A stretch of 64,000 bases of DNA from Candidatus Omnitrophota bacterium (lineage in GTDB: Bacteria; Omnitrophota; Gorgyraeia; Zapsychrales; Zapsychraceae). The stretch covers positions 894,361 to 958,360 of the forward strand of contig JBFWOS010000001.1 of the NCBI GenBank assembly GCA_050250375.1, in the 5' to 3' direction. Positions 38,439 to 47,964 of the stretch are shown piece after piece. The notes beneath the pieces are model-generated. The model did no database searches, was not told the DNA's origin, and was given only the letters and a program-made list of their open reading frames with translations. The position numbers and the translations under genes were made by a program. Numbering within the stretch: the first letter of the stretch is position 1; each line of letters begins with the position of its first letter.

Positions 38439-40268
38439 CTATTTCTGTACAATCGTAAAATGAAATATACTTCCCTTCCCGGGTTCAGATTCAATCCAAA
38501 TCCTTCCTTTGTAATTCTCGACGATCTTTTTGCACAGGGACAATCCAATCCCGGTTCCCGGATACTTTTTATTTGAATGTAAGCGTTGAAATATGACAAA
38601 AATTTTATCTGAAAACCTGGGATCAATCCCGATCCCGTTGTCTTTGACGCTGAATTGCCAATGCTCCGTTTTCTTTTGACAGGCCACCGCTATGACCGGC
38701 GCTTTGTCCTGTTCCCTGAATTTCAAGGCATTAAGGATCAAATTCTGAAACAGCTGCACCATCTGCGCCCGGTTGACAGTCAACACCGGAAGCGGATCGA
38801 CTTTTATGTCCGCGTGTGTTTCCTTAATCGAAAAATCCAGATCCGCCAGCACCTGCGCCATCACGCCGTTTAAATCAACCTCCTCAAAAGCCGTATCTTT
38901 CTTCCCGACCCGGGAATATTGCAAGAGGGCTTCAATCAAAGTCTGCATCCGCAATGCGCCGTCGTTCGCGAAATGGATATATTCCCTGGCTTTGTCATCA
39001 AGCTGGTCTTTGTATTTCTTTTCCAGCAACTGAGTGAAACCGGACACCATCCGTAACGGTTCCTGCAGGTCATGCGAAGCAACATACGCAAATTCTTCAA
39101 GCTCTTTATTTGACCGCTCCAACTCCGCCTTGGCGAATTGTGTTTCCTTAAGGGATTTCTCCAACCGGTCCGCGTATTCAACGGCGTCTTTTCTGGCTTT
39201 CTCGGCCACGCTGGTCATATACTTTAATTCTTCATTCTGGACTAAAACCAAGCCTTGATGCTCTTTTTCTATCTGTTTCAGGTTAAAATTGATCGCGATG
39301 ACAAGGGTAACAAGAAATCCGCAGAACAATAACATGAACGGCTGTTGGTTGTTCTTCGACAACAGGTATTCACTCGTCGGCTCTATGATCAATGTCCATG
39401 TACGTCCGGCAAAAAATAAGGTTTCAGTGGCCGTATACCTTTTGTCGGTGTTCACCTTTCCTTTTTCAAAAACACTTGCATAGACCGGGCCATTGTCTTT
39501 TTCATCCGCCGATTCATCTGTGATCCTTAGAGTTAACTTCTTAGCGAGTAAATCCCGCTGAATCGCCTCAAAGGTTCGATCGAGATTAAAAATACCCACC
39601 ATATATCCGGCCGGATGACCTTCATTCCGAGTCGTTCCCTCACCCTTGAAAACCGGGACATAGATGACAAAATCGGTATTGTTACCCTTCTTCCGTGATA
39701 CGGACAAAGGATCCCCGGCAGGCCCCTGCCTTCCGGAGTTAATGACGGTCTGCAGCCTGGTGTCACTTGAAGCCGCATCATAACCCAAGACCTCTTTGTT
39801 GCTTTCAAAAGGCTCGACATAATGGACAGGAAAATATCCCGTCCTGTTTGCGGCGGAAATTATCCGATCCTGCGAGTCTCTTTCCGTTATTTGAAAGTTT
39901 ATAAAACCTTCTTGCCGAATTTCTGATTCATAAGCGCTTCTCTGACCAGAATCGACAAAAGGCGCCCATTGCAGCGCCTGAATATTATTAAATTTTTTTA
40001 AAAAATGCCCGGCAAATGTCTTAAATTCATCCCGCGTAACAACCATTGACGAAAGATAAAAAACCTTGAGCGTGTCCAGGACTCCAAGATTTTGGTATAA
40101 CGCATCTTCAACATCCTGAAAAATCTTCCGGCTCTCCTGATAAATGTCCTGTTTGACCTGGAGGCGCTCCATTCTTTTAGTCACAAAAAACAAAACAAGA
40201 CTGAGAAACACCCCCACCACAATCAAAACCATTAACCGTATAAAATTTTTCTTATTGGGCAGAGTCAT
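38439..40268 (-). CDS. CHASE-domain sensor histidine kinase
   Basis: TM-CHASE (YFPVHYVEP..N..VLGYD)-TM; FAYVASHDLQEPLR; NLILNALKF; GTGIGL. Confidence 0.93.
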   Translation of the reverse strand: MTLPNKKNFIRLMVLIVVGVFLSLVLFFVTKRMERLQVKQDIYQESRKIFQDVEDALYQNLGVLDTLKVFYLSSMVVTRDEFKTFAGHFLKKFNNIQALQWAPFVDSGQRSAYESEIRQEGFINFQITERDSQDRIISAANRTGYFPVHYVEPFESNKEVLGYDAASSDTRLQTVINSGRQGPAGDPLSVSRKKGNNTDFVIYVPVFKGEGTTRNEGHPAGYMVGIFNLDRTFEAIQRDLLAKKLTLRITDESADEKDNGPVYASVFEKGKVNTDKRYTATETLFFAGRTWTLIIEPTSEYLLSKNNQQPFMLLFCGFLVTLVIAINFNLKQIEKEHQGLVLVQNEELKYMTSVAEKARKDAVEYADRLEKSLKETQFAKAELERSNKELEEFAYVASHDLQEPLRMVSGFTQLLEKKYKDQLDDKAREYIHFANDGALRMQTLIEALLQYSRVGKKDTAFEEVDLNGVMAQVLADLDFSIKETHADIKVDPLPVLTVNRAQMVQLFQNLILNALKFREQDKAPVIAVACQKKTEHWQFSVKDNGIGIDPRFSDKIFVIFQRLHSNKKYPGTGIGLSLCKKIVENYKGRIWIESEPGKGSIFHFTIVQK

Positions 40269-40569
40269 TCTCGATATAAATATTTACATTCAATTAAAAT
40301 ATTTTTTCTGATTTTTCATGCATTCCCTGTCCCGGGGATAAAAACATATGGATGAATGGACAAAACTTAATCAATGCTGTTGGGCGGGTTTACGAGTTAG
40401 CCATAACAAAATTCCGATGAAATACCCGTTTTTACCTGTAATGCTGAGATGTCAATTTCATTATAATCATTAGTATATATCAACCGTGTGAACTTGGGAT
40501 ATTTCTTTTTTTTGTTTTCTTAAATACAACAGATAAAATTAAATTCACGGATTATTCTCGGCCATAGAA

Positions 40570-41184
40570 CTACGGATTCTTCCTGGGTATTTTAATCACC
40601 AGACGGCCTGTTTCTTTTTCCGTTTTAATTTTTGTTACATCCGCATCTTCCGGCAGCGGAACAGTCTTCATGAAACTGCCGTATGCCTGCGATTGTGAAT
40701 ACCCATTGGGATTTTTCTGTTCATTTCTCAAGGTTTGTTCACCTTTGAGCGTGATGGAATGTTCGTTAATCTGGACATCAATTTTGTCCTGGTCTAATCC
40801 GGTCATATTGAACGTAATAATATACCCGTCTTCATTTTCTCTGAAGTCAAGGTTGGTATCAAAGTTCATCATGCTGCTGACTATACCTGACCCGGGCTGA
40901 TTGGAAAGATTAAGGGATTTCTGAAAGGTCTGGTCCATTTCTTCCTGAAAGCGTTCCATATCAACGAACGGATCTTCATCAACCGTGTCGGACGGATTCA
41001 TCCGAACACGGCTGATCCCGACAACCGGCCGGGTCTTAATTGCTTCCAGTTCCTCCACTCTTTTCTTTAAGACTTCAATCTGCCTTTTTAATTCATTGAC
41101 ATCTTCTTCCGGGTACGCCGAAAGACCGGAAGACAAAAGCAGCCACCCGCTCAGCATGGCGGTATAAATAACTTTCTTCCCCAT
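40570..41184 (-). CDS. Hsp20/alpha-crystallin protein with signal peptide
   Basis: SD GAGGAG before MGKKV; signal peptide, coiled coil, ACD (YGSFMKTVPLP...GRLVIKIPRK). Confidence 0.85.
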   Translation of the reverse strand: MGKKVIYTAMLSGWLLLSSGLSAYPEEDVNELKRQIEVLKKRVEELEAIKTRPVVGISRVRMNPSDTVDEDPFVDMERFQEEMDQTFQKSLNLSNQPGSGIVSSMMNFDTNLDFRENEDGYIITFNMTGLDQDKIDVQINEHSITLKGEQTLRNEQKNPNGYSQSQAYGSFMKTVPLPEDADVTKIKTEKETGRLVIKIPRKNP

Positions 41185-41320
41185 ATAATTGTCTCCTCTC
41201 GATTTTAAAAAAATATAGAATTTCCTGCGGTTACAAATATTTATCATCCCCTGGTATTTTATGTCAATTCATTTTTAATTCCGGTCGCTGTCTTTCAAAA
41301 AAACATCAAAAACTTTATAC

Positions 41321-41349
41321 TTGACGATCGGGTGTTTTTAAATTAAATT
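41321..41349 (+). promoter_or_regulatory. Sigma70 promoter of the histone gene
   Basis: TTGACG-N17-TAAATT with A-tracts upstream. Confidence 0.7.
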
Positions 41350-41393
41350 CTGTTAAATAGCTTTTATTAACTTTCTAACAAAGGATGGACCAA

Positions 41394-41603
41394 ATGGCCA
41401 AGGGTAAAGAAAAAGAAATGTTATTAGTTGGTTCCAAGACCAAAGAAGCCCTGAAAGCAGGCGGAAAAGAAACTTATAATGTTTCCTCTGATGCATTGGA
41501 TGCATTAAATGAATACGTGTACTGGCTGGTTGACCAGGCCCAGAAAAAATGTACCGCCAACGGAAGAAAAACGATCCGGTCATATGATATCCTAGCGTGC
41601 TAA
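41394..41603 (+). CDS. Bacterial histone-fold protein (Bd0055-like)
   Basis: LLVGSKTKEALK...NVSSDALDALNE...ANGRKTIRSYDI; RKT-x4-D histone signature; SD AAGGA 8 nt upstream. Confidence 0.88.
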   Translation: MAKGKEKEMLLVGSKTKEALKAGGKETYNVSSDALDALNEYVYWLVDQAQKKCTANGRKTIRSYDILAC

Positions 41604-41616
41604 TTTCTTGAACGTG

Positions 41617-41650
41617 AAAAAGCCCGGCTGGTTTCAGCCGGGCTTTTTTT
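41617..41650. terminator. Bidirectional intrinsic terminator
   Basis: AAAAAGCCCGGCTG-GTTT-CAGCCGGGCTTTTTTT between convergent genes. Confidence 0.92.
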
Positions 41651-43640
41651 ATTTCCGGGACCAGTGCTCCTTAAACATAAAATAAGCCTCGCGTAATCTC
41701 CGTTCAAAAGGGCTGTGGCGGCCGCTCCCCTGTCCGATAATACCGAACCATTCCTCATGGTCATATCCGTCAAAAAAGGCGGCCGGAAACTGCGGGGCCG
41801 TCTGCTGTTCATCAACCGGGTGATTATGCGTGTCTTTCCACCATTCATCCAGATATTCAAAAATAACTCCCCCGATCGAATTTCCGGCGTAGGGACCGCC
41901 CGCCTGGTTTAAAACGATATCCCTTAAATTGCCGAAATAATAATCCCGCTGGGCTTCCTCATTGGTTCGGCCCAGATTCTTGTCATAAACATCCGCCCCG
42001 TATTCCGTCACCAGGACCGGCCGGTCAAATGTCCGCTTGACCTCTTCCCACATCGTTCCAAAACCGCCCTGCCCCGGATAGGCATTGACCCCGAGAATAT
42101 CAATCGCCGGGGCATATTGGTTGTAAAAGTCAATCAAGCCCAGCCGGACATTGCCGACAGCCACCGGATGGTTGGAGTCCAATTCATGGATCATCAAAGC
42201 CACCTCATTCAAAAATTCAGCATAAGCTTGTGGATGAAGGGCCGCTTTAGTCCTGGTCGCATTGACGCCCATATAATCAAGCGGCATATTATTCTCATTT
42301 CCAAGAAGCCACATCAAAATAAACGGTTCATCTTTTAAATCCATCACCTTTTGGCGGACAATCTCCTTCATCGATGCGCGTTGGGCTGGATCCTCATAAT
42401 CAGTCCCGACCATCCAATCTGCTCCGGAACCAAGCGTGTAGGCCCCGAGGAAATCTCCGGCAATAACCCGGATGCCGTACCGCTGGTGCATATCCCTCAA
42501 CAATTCTTTATTGATCAATTGCGGATCGTACTCCGTGCGGGATTTATTGGGGATGTATAAACGCACCGCGTTTACGCCCATCTCTTTCATGATCTGAAAA
42601 TCACCAACCGGCAATTCATCAGCATCCTGAATTTCGTTACCATTCCGGTCAACCCAGGCTTCATAAGGGGCATCAATAACGCCGTTGTTATTTTTATCCC
42701 TGAACATCCAGCGCTGGTCAAAATTCGGGTCATTTTGCGGACCGATGCCGATTTCCGTCGGTCCGTAGGTTACACCATTCACCGTAAACGGTTTATCATC
42801 CACCAGCAATTGCCAGTGACCATTGCCGTATTTTACAAGCTTAACTGCTCCGTTCCCTCTTTGTTCGGCAATCTCTTCAACCGTGAGATCAGGCAGGGAC
42901 ATTATTTTCTCTTTAAAAGTTTTTTTGATAAACCGGCCCGGGTTAATTTCAATGATGTCATTCGCCAGATTCGTGTCTTCCCCATTAGTCACTTTGAAAT
43001 ACGAATCGCTGTATTCCAAATTTAATGACGGATAATCCCGGCATAGCCGGCTAATGGCGCCGATGGCGGCTGGAGCAATGTACCAAACAAAACTCTGGTC
43101 CCGGGCCCAGCCGGCTGATCGTGGAAAATGCACGACCGCTGAATAATAAGCCTTGATGGCCTGTAATATATGCCCTGATCTCTCCAAAACAACCCCGGTA
43201 AAATAAGCTTTGACCCCCGGGTCATCCGAAACGGTGGCCCATTTATAGAAGGCGAGTTTCTTATTGTCAGAGTCCAGTAATTTCCAATGGGATTCGTTTA
43301 ACAATCCCTGGTCCGACATACTTTTAAAATCAGGTTCGGCGCGGACTGCGTTCTGGTTCGGGTATATCCCCGCGCCGACATCTCGTTTCAACGTCTCTTT
43401 ATCCCGGATTCGGTATTCGTAATCGGCTTTTCCCAAATGTAGAAATTCGCCATATTCGGCATAGTCCAATCCGTCGTTTTTTCCCGTGTCCGAAATAACA
43501 AACTCTTGATCCGGAAGGGAGAATCCTTCAAGCATTTTATTTAACAATGGATCATTTGAATTCAGACGCGGTTCCCGGCAGGCAAGGCAACTGGCAAGAA
43601 TCAAAAATATAAATAACCTTTTAGGGATAAACTGATCCAT
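41649..43640 (-). CDS. Clan GH-A (GH2-like) TIM-barrel glycoside hydrolase, probable lipoprotein
   Basis: LASCLAC lipobox-like, TPR-like N-region, MGVNAVRLY, WLLGNE, VTEYG, FEYLDEWWK, EEWFGI. Confidence 0.8.
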   Translation of the reverse strand: MDQFIPKRLFIFLILASCLACREPRLNSNDPLLNKMLEGFSLPDQEFVISDTGKNDGLDYAEYGEFLHLGKADYEYRIRDKETLKRDVGAGIYPNQNAVRAEPDFKSMSDQGLLNESHWKLLDSDNKKLAFYKWATVSDDPGVKAYFTGVVLERSGHILQAIKAYYSAVVHFPRSAGWARDQSFVWYIAPAAIGAISRLCRDYPSLNLEYSDSYFKVTNGEDTNLANDIIEINPGRFIKKTFKEKIMSLPDLTVEEIAEQRGNGAVKLVKYGNGHWQLLVDDKPFTVNGVTYGPTEIGIGPQNDPNFDQRWMFRDKNNNGVIDAPYEAWVDRNGNEIQDADELPVGDFQIMKEMGVNAVRLYIPNKSRTEYDPQLINKELLRDMHQRYGIRVIAGDFLGAYTLGSGADWMVGTDYEDPAQRASMKEIVRQKVMDLKDEPFILMWLLGNENNMPLDYMGVNATRTKAALHPQAYAEFLNEVALMIHELDSNHPVAVGNVRLGLIDFYNQYAPAIDILGVNAYPGQGGFGTMWEEVKRTFDRPVLVTEYGADVYDKNLGRTNEEAQRDYYFGNLRDIVLNQAGGPYAGNSIGGVIFEYLDEWWKDTHNHPVDEQQTAPQFPAAFFDGYDHEEWFGIIGQGSGRHSPFERRLREAYFMFKEHWSRK

Positions 43641-43724
43641 CAGGATGATTATAGCGGAAAACCCTTTGCATAGTAAATCTTAAATGCAACCCGGGAACAG
43701 GTCACAGGGTTAAGGAAAATCAGG

Positions 43725-44138
43725 TTAATACCGGTAGTTGATATTCGTCAGACAACGTTTGCCCTGAAAAAACTTTTGCGCGAATTTTTTCACCACTTCA
43801 AGGTCATACGCTTTGCAACTGAACACATCAAGATACACAGTATTTGTGAGGTTAGCAAAATGAGCCGATATGAGGGAAGTTTCGATCAGCTGAACCATTG
43901 AAAATCCGGCCACCCGTTCTTCTTCTCCAAAATGGACAACTTGTGTTTCACCGAACCGTTTCATCTCGATCAATTCGCACAGTTCTTTCACAAATTGTTT
44001 GATCTTGCCCGCATCACGGATGGTCTGGGGATCGCATTCATAAATATCAATGCTGCTGGCAATGCCCCAGACATTCTGCTGTTTTGCTTTTTTTAATATT
44101 TCTTTTTTAGTCGGGATTGTTTCTTGGACTAGGTTCAA
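43725..44138 (-). CDS. speD: S-adenosylmethionine decarboxylase-family proenzyme
   Basis: IDIYEC, GFSMVQLIETSLISAHF, YLDVFSCK; SD AAGGAGG with TTG start. Confidence 0.8.
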   Translation of the reverse strand: MNLVQETIPTKKEILKKAKQQNVWGIASSIDIYECDPQTIRDAGKIKQFVKELCELIEMKRFGETQVVHFGEEERVAGFSMVQLIETSLISAHFANLTNTVYLDVFSCKAYDLEVVKKFAQKFFQGKRCLTNINYRY

Positions 44139-44652
44139 TTATGGTTCCTCCTTATTTGTTAGCACAGAGCGTGCAGACAACAGTTATGGTTAGGTTAATC
44201 CCAAGCCGGTTCAGGCTGAACAACTCTAGATCTTTGGAAATTTATTTCTATTTCTTTAACACATTCCAGCCCAAATGTAAACCATTAATAAATTTGGAAT
44301 TTAAAAAAATCATCAACCTACAACCAAAACACATTCGCATACATTTCGCGCATATAATCCTGTCAGACAAAGAACCCGATTCAACGCAACGGACCATAAT
44401 TGACTGATGTATGAATTTCAAATTTTCTTCGAATAAACAAATTCATCTTATAATCTTTATGAACAATTAACCATCTTTTTTTAAGATAATTTAATCACTG
44501 CTTTGACATGAAAATATCGGCCGTTATATCTTTTACGTCGCTATCCCCATTAAATTTACCGACGAGGCGTACAGGAAAAAGATTGGACGATCCCCGGCCA
44601 GATGCGCCCGCCGCATCCTCCCCTCTTTTCCGTAATGTCCGCTTTGACTCCG

Positions 44653-44988
44653 CTACCATTTTTTAAACACAAAAAATACAGCCATAACCATAAACGCGAA
44701 CCCAACGATATAATTCCATTTCAAGTCTTCCTTGAGGTACAACACGGAGAAAACACAAAACACGATCAGCGTGATCACCTCCTGAATGGTTTTCAACTGG
44801 GCCGCGGTAAACTGCCCGTGACCGATGCGGTTGGCCGGCACCTGAAAACAATATTCCGCAAACGCAATCACCCAGCTGATTAAAATCACCTTGAATAAAG
44901 GGGAATCCTTGTATTTCAAATGCCCGTACCAGGCAAACGTCATAAAAATATTCGAGATGGTCAGTAATATGATGGTTTTCATTGCCAC
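44653..44988 (-). CDS. DMT-family small membrane protein (DUF486-like)
   Basis: SNIFMTFAWYGHLK, EYCFQVPANRIG, QLKTIQEVITL. Confidence 0.9.
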   Translation of the reverse strand: MAMKTIILLTISNIFMTFAWYGHLKYKDSPLFKVILISWVIAFAEYCFQVPANRIGHGQFTAAQLKTIQEVITLIVFCVFSVLYLKEDLKWNYIVGFAFMVMAVFFVFKKW

Positions 44989-45047
44989 TTGTATCCTTTT
45001 AATTTAACATCGGCCGGATAAATATACTTGCTGGTTACAAGCACACG

Positions 45048-46547
45048 TCATTCTGTTAATGGTGTTATCCTTAAAAGATCGTTCTGGACAACAACCTGTT
45101 TAAGACAGCCCAAATGCCAGTCCTCAATCATTCTGCTGCCGACTATTTCCAAACGATAGTTCTTAACCATAAATTTTCGGAAAAGATCTTTTCTGTCCAA
45201 TAATCCGTATTTCGTGACATACACCGGGATACCTTGTCTCAGCAAGTTGTCCAAATCATTTTTAAAAACATCCAGTGTTTCCGGAGTTAATTGAGAATAC
45301 CCTACCGCGGGTCCGAAGGGTTTGCGTTTGGCATAATAATAAATCCAGATTGAATGGTCCCGTTCAATGATGAGCGAATTTTCTTCCGTAGCAACATTAA
45401 CCCATTGAAAAAATTCGGGCAAAAGGGCATTCTGATGACGAAAAAGAAACATCGGATAATACCGGTTCAAATTGATCAATACAAACAATAATATGACCGG
45501 AATACTCAATTTCGCCCACCTATTGTTTGTTTTCAATAAAATGTTTATACAATAAGACTCCATGATGATCAATGGTATAAAACTTATAATCATCAAGCGG
45601 AATACAAAAAAACTGAGAAAACTGAAGATGACGGCCGGAATAATGATCCATAACAACAAAAATAAAATTTTCTTCCGTTCGATTTGAATAATCAAAAACA
45701 CCAACCCTCCTGCCATCAAAACCCACTCTAGCGGAGAAAATACGGTCAGCACATCCGTAAAAATATTGATCAATGCTGTAAATGTCAAACCTTTTATATG
45801 ATTCGTAAAATTAGCCTGTACATAGCCAATGAAAGAACTGTCTCCCGTAGGGAGATTAGGGATCACAAATTTTGGGACGTAAGCAATCAAAATAACACCC
45901 AAACAGGAGAAAAGCGGAACGGTGATATATTTCAACAGGGTCTGTTTGTCCGATCGAATGGAATTCACTTTGGATAGCCCCAAATAAAGCAGAGGGATAC
46001 TCATGACCATTAAATCTTGTATGCGCGCTGCACCCATACACCCCAGCCACAAGCCGGAAAAGAACAAGTGAGACGTACGACGGCTTTCAGGAAACCGCAG
46101 CAGATAATATATTCCTGTTAATAGAAAGAATACAGCCGGCATGTGGCTGTTACCGAAACTGGATAAACCAATAAAGAATGGGTTAAGGGTTAAAAATACC
46201 GCGCTGATCAGAGCCGTCCGGATGTCAGTAAGTTGCTTCACACAAAAAAACATCGCTACGACGCACATTGATCCAAACCATACGCTCATAAAATTAACGG
46301 CAAAGACAGGAGCATTGACGGAAAAAATCTGGAACAACCACACGAAAGACGCCCCGAGAACAACCGTTAACGGAAGTCCCGAACTCTGCAGATAGTGCAT
46401 CTGATGCGTCCTGACGATTTTTTCAGATTGAATAGCCAGATACAGACAATCGGAAGTATAGGGACCAAGGCTGATAAAAAACAATCTGAGCAAAAAACTG
46501 AAAATAAAAAGAATGGCAAGCCACAGCAGAATTTTTTGATTGGCCAT
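45048..46547 (-). CDS. GT-C (ArnT/GT39-like) membrane glycosyltransferase
   Basis: LLRLFF..GPYTSD, multiple TMs, soluble C-terminal domain. Confidence 0.7.
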   Translation of the reverse strand: MANQKILLWLAILFIFSFLLRLFFISLGPYTSDCLYLAIQSEKIVRTHQMHYLQSSGLPLTVVLGASFVWLFQIFSVNAPVFAVNFMSVWFGSMCVVAMFFCVKQLTDIRTALISAVFLTLNPFFIGLSSFGNSHMPAVFFLLTGIYYLLRFPESRRTSHLFFSGLWLGCMGAARIQDLMVMSIPLLYLGLSKVNSIRSDKQTLLKYITVPLFSCLGVILIAYVPKFVIPNLPTGDSSFIGYVQANFTNHIKGLTFTALINIFTDVLTVFSPLEWVLMAGGLVFLIIQIERKKILFLLLWIIIPAVIFSFLSFFVFRLMIISFIPLIIMESYCINILLKTNNRWAKLSIPVILLFVLINLNRYYPMFLFRHQNALLPEFFQWVNVATEENSLIIERDHSIWIYYYAKRKPFGPAVGYSQLTPETLDVFKNDLDNLLRQGIPVYVTKYGLLDRKDLFRKFMVKNYRLEIVGSRMIEDWHLGCLKQVVVQNDLLRITPLTE

Positions 46548-46617
46548 AGTTAAAATGTTTTCTTCAGATGGACATGGTGCTCATTAACTATATCTCTCCC
46601 CTTACCGGTCGAAAGGG

Positions 46618-47025
46618 TTACTTGCAATTTTTCCAAATCAAGTGGTCCAGACTGAATCTCCCCGGCCCCAGAAAGATAACGGATCCGGAAACAGCCCAAT
46701 ACGCCAGCGCCAATTCTTTCTTTTTAAACGGATCAGGCCCGTGTTTAATAAACGCGGCCACCGTCATGGTAAAGAAAACCATTAAAGCCGCCGTCCGGGT
46801 GAAAAGCCCCAATACAATAAATATTCCCCCTAAAAATTCAGAAAGCGCCGCGGCCCACGCGAACACTTCCGGCATGGGAAAACCCATCGCCGCAACACCC
46901 TCTGTAAACTGCCCGATTTTTCCGCCGAAAACTTTTCCATAACCGTGATAAGCGATACCGCTCCCCGCCAAAACCCTCAGCCATAATATACCGAAATCCG
47001 TCAATAATTCTTTATTCATTCTCAT
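46618..47025 (-). CDS. DoxX-family membrane protein
   Basis: LRVLAG..HGYGK, EFLGG..LGLFTR, GPGRFSLD. Confidence 0.92.
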   Translation of the reverse strand: MRMNKELLTDFGILWLRVLAGSGIAYHGYGKVFGGKIGQFTEGVAAMGFPMPEVFAWAAALSEFLGGIFIVLGLFTRTAALMVFFTMTVAAFIKHGPDPFKKKELALAYWAVSGSVIFLGPGRFSLDHLIWKNCK

Positions 47026-47045
47026 TTATTCCCCTTAAATTCAAC

Positions 47046-47360
47046 TTACAATTTCAAACCGTATGTATTATTAATATACTGCGTAATACTTTGAGCTGTC
47101 TGAGACGGCATCTTGACTTCTTCAACACAATTAATCTTCCAACCCTGTGCGACCGCGACCGCTTTTCCCAACAATCGGTAATGGAATTCAAACCGGTTCA
47201 TCTCCGTGACCGTGCTCAAGTCTTCGCCGGCGAGCGCAAAATCAAGAATAATCCGGGACAATGACTCCAGGTCAACGACATGATAGCGGTCTTTATTGCT
47301 GAACAGATCTTTGACGGCCTGGGTTATGCTCGCGCGGGTGCTGCTCTCAAATTCGTTCAT
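47046..47360 (-). CDS. Hypothetical protein
   Basis: 104-aa ORF with upstream GGGGG and TGnTAGAAT. Confidence 0.6.
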   Translation of the reverse strand: MNEFESSTRASITQAVKDLFSNKDRYHVVDLESLSRIILDFALAGEDLSTVTEMNRFEFHYRLLGKAVAVAQGWKINCVEEVKMPSQTAQSITQYINNTYGLKL

Positions 47361-47493
47361 TCAACAATACCCCCATTAATATTTTGTTATTATCTGCTTC
47401 TTCCGCAATCGGAAAGCTTAAACATTCTAACATTCATCCGGTGACAAGTCTTTTATTTTCTGCGTAAGGGAAAAATCGACAGGAAAATCTATA

Positions 47494-47964
47494 CTAATAC
47501 AAACCGGTTCTCAGTTCGATATGATCCATCCCGTCACTGAGGACAACCACATTTTTCCGGATGGCCATCACAGTATATTCACCGAATGTGTCGTTAACGG
47601 CGACATACCGGTTGTTGATGACGGCGCTGGGATTCTGGTCGTCCCAGAAAATCCCGTTCAAGACCGGATCGGAATCCACGGCTTTATCCTGAGCCAAGGC
47701 GTTATTCGTTTTGAACTCTTCACCGTAATAAAAAGGGTTCCTGCCCCAGCCTTCATCCAATTCCTGCGAAAAGCTCAGAACCGTTACCTTTTTAAGTTGT
47801 TTGGCCAGGACGGTCAATTCGTTTTTCAATAAATCAGCTTCTTTGGTTTCTTTAGTCTTTTTAAAGGGAACCGTGCCCGGGGTATTTGACGCCTTAAACC
47901 ATATCCCCAGCGATATAAATATCAATAGGGGCAGCATTAACTGCAACACTTTATTTTTTTCCAC
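47494..47964 (-). CDS. PilP/GspB-like alignment protein
   Basis: TM, GRNPF, LNGIFWD..PSAVIN..V; last gene of the filament operon. Confidence 0.65.
   Translation of the reverse strand: MEKNKVLQLMLPLLIFISLGIWFKASNTPGTVPFKKTKETKEADLLKNELTVLAKQLKKVTVLSFSQELDEGWGRNPFYYGEEFKTNNALAQDKAVDSDPVLNGIFWDDQNPSAVINNRYVAVNDTFGEYTVMAIRKNVVVLSDGMDHIELRTGLY

Noticed and set aside
44150-44240. SAM-I or spermidine riboswitch upstream of the speD-like gene
   Set aside because: Only fragments match (AUCUAGAG, GUGCUAA); no P1 partner, kink-turn or GCAACC. Kept only as an unassigned leader.
44556-44610. Guanidine-II/III riboswitch near the DMT gene (GACGAGG and ACGA motifs)
   Set aside because: Wrong strand and downstream of the gene; the ACGA loops are not closed by stems.
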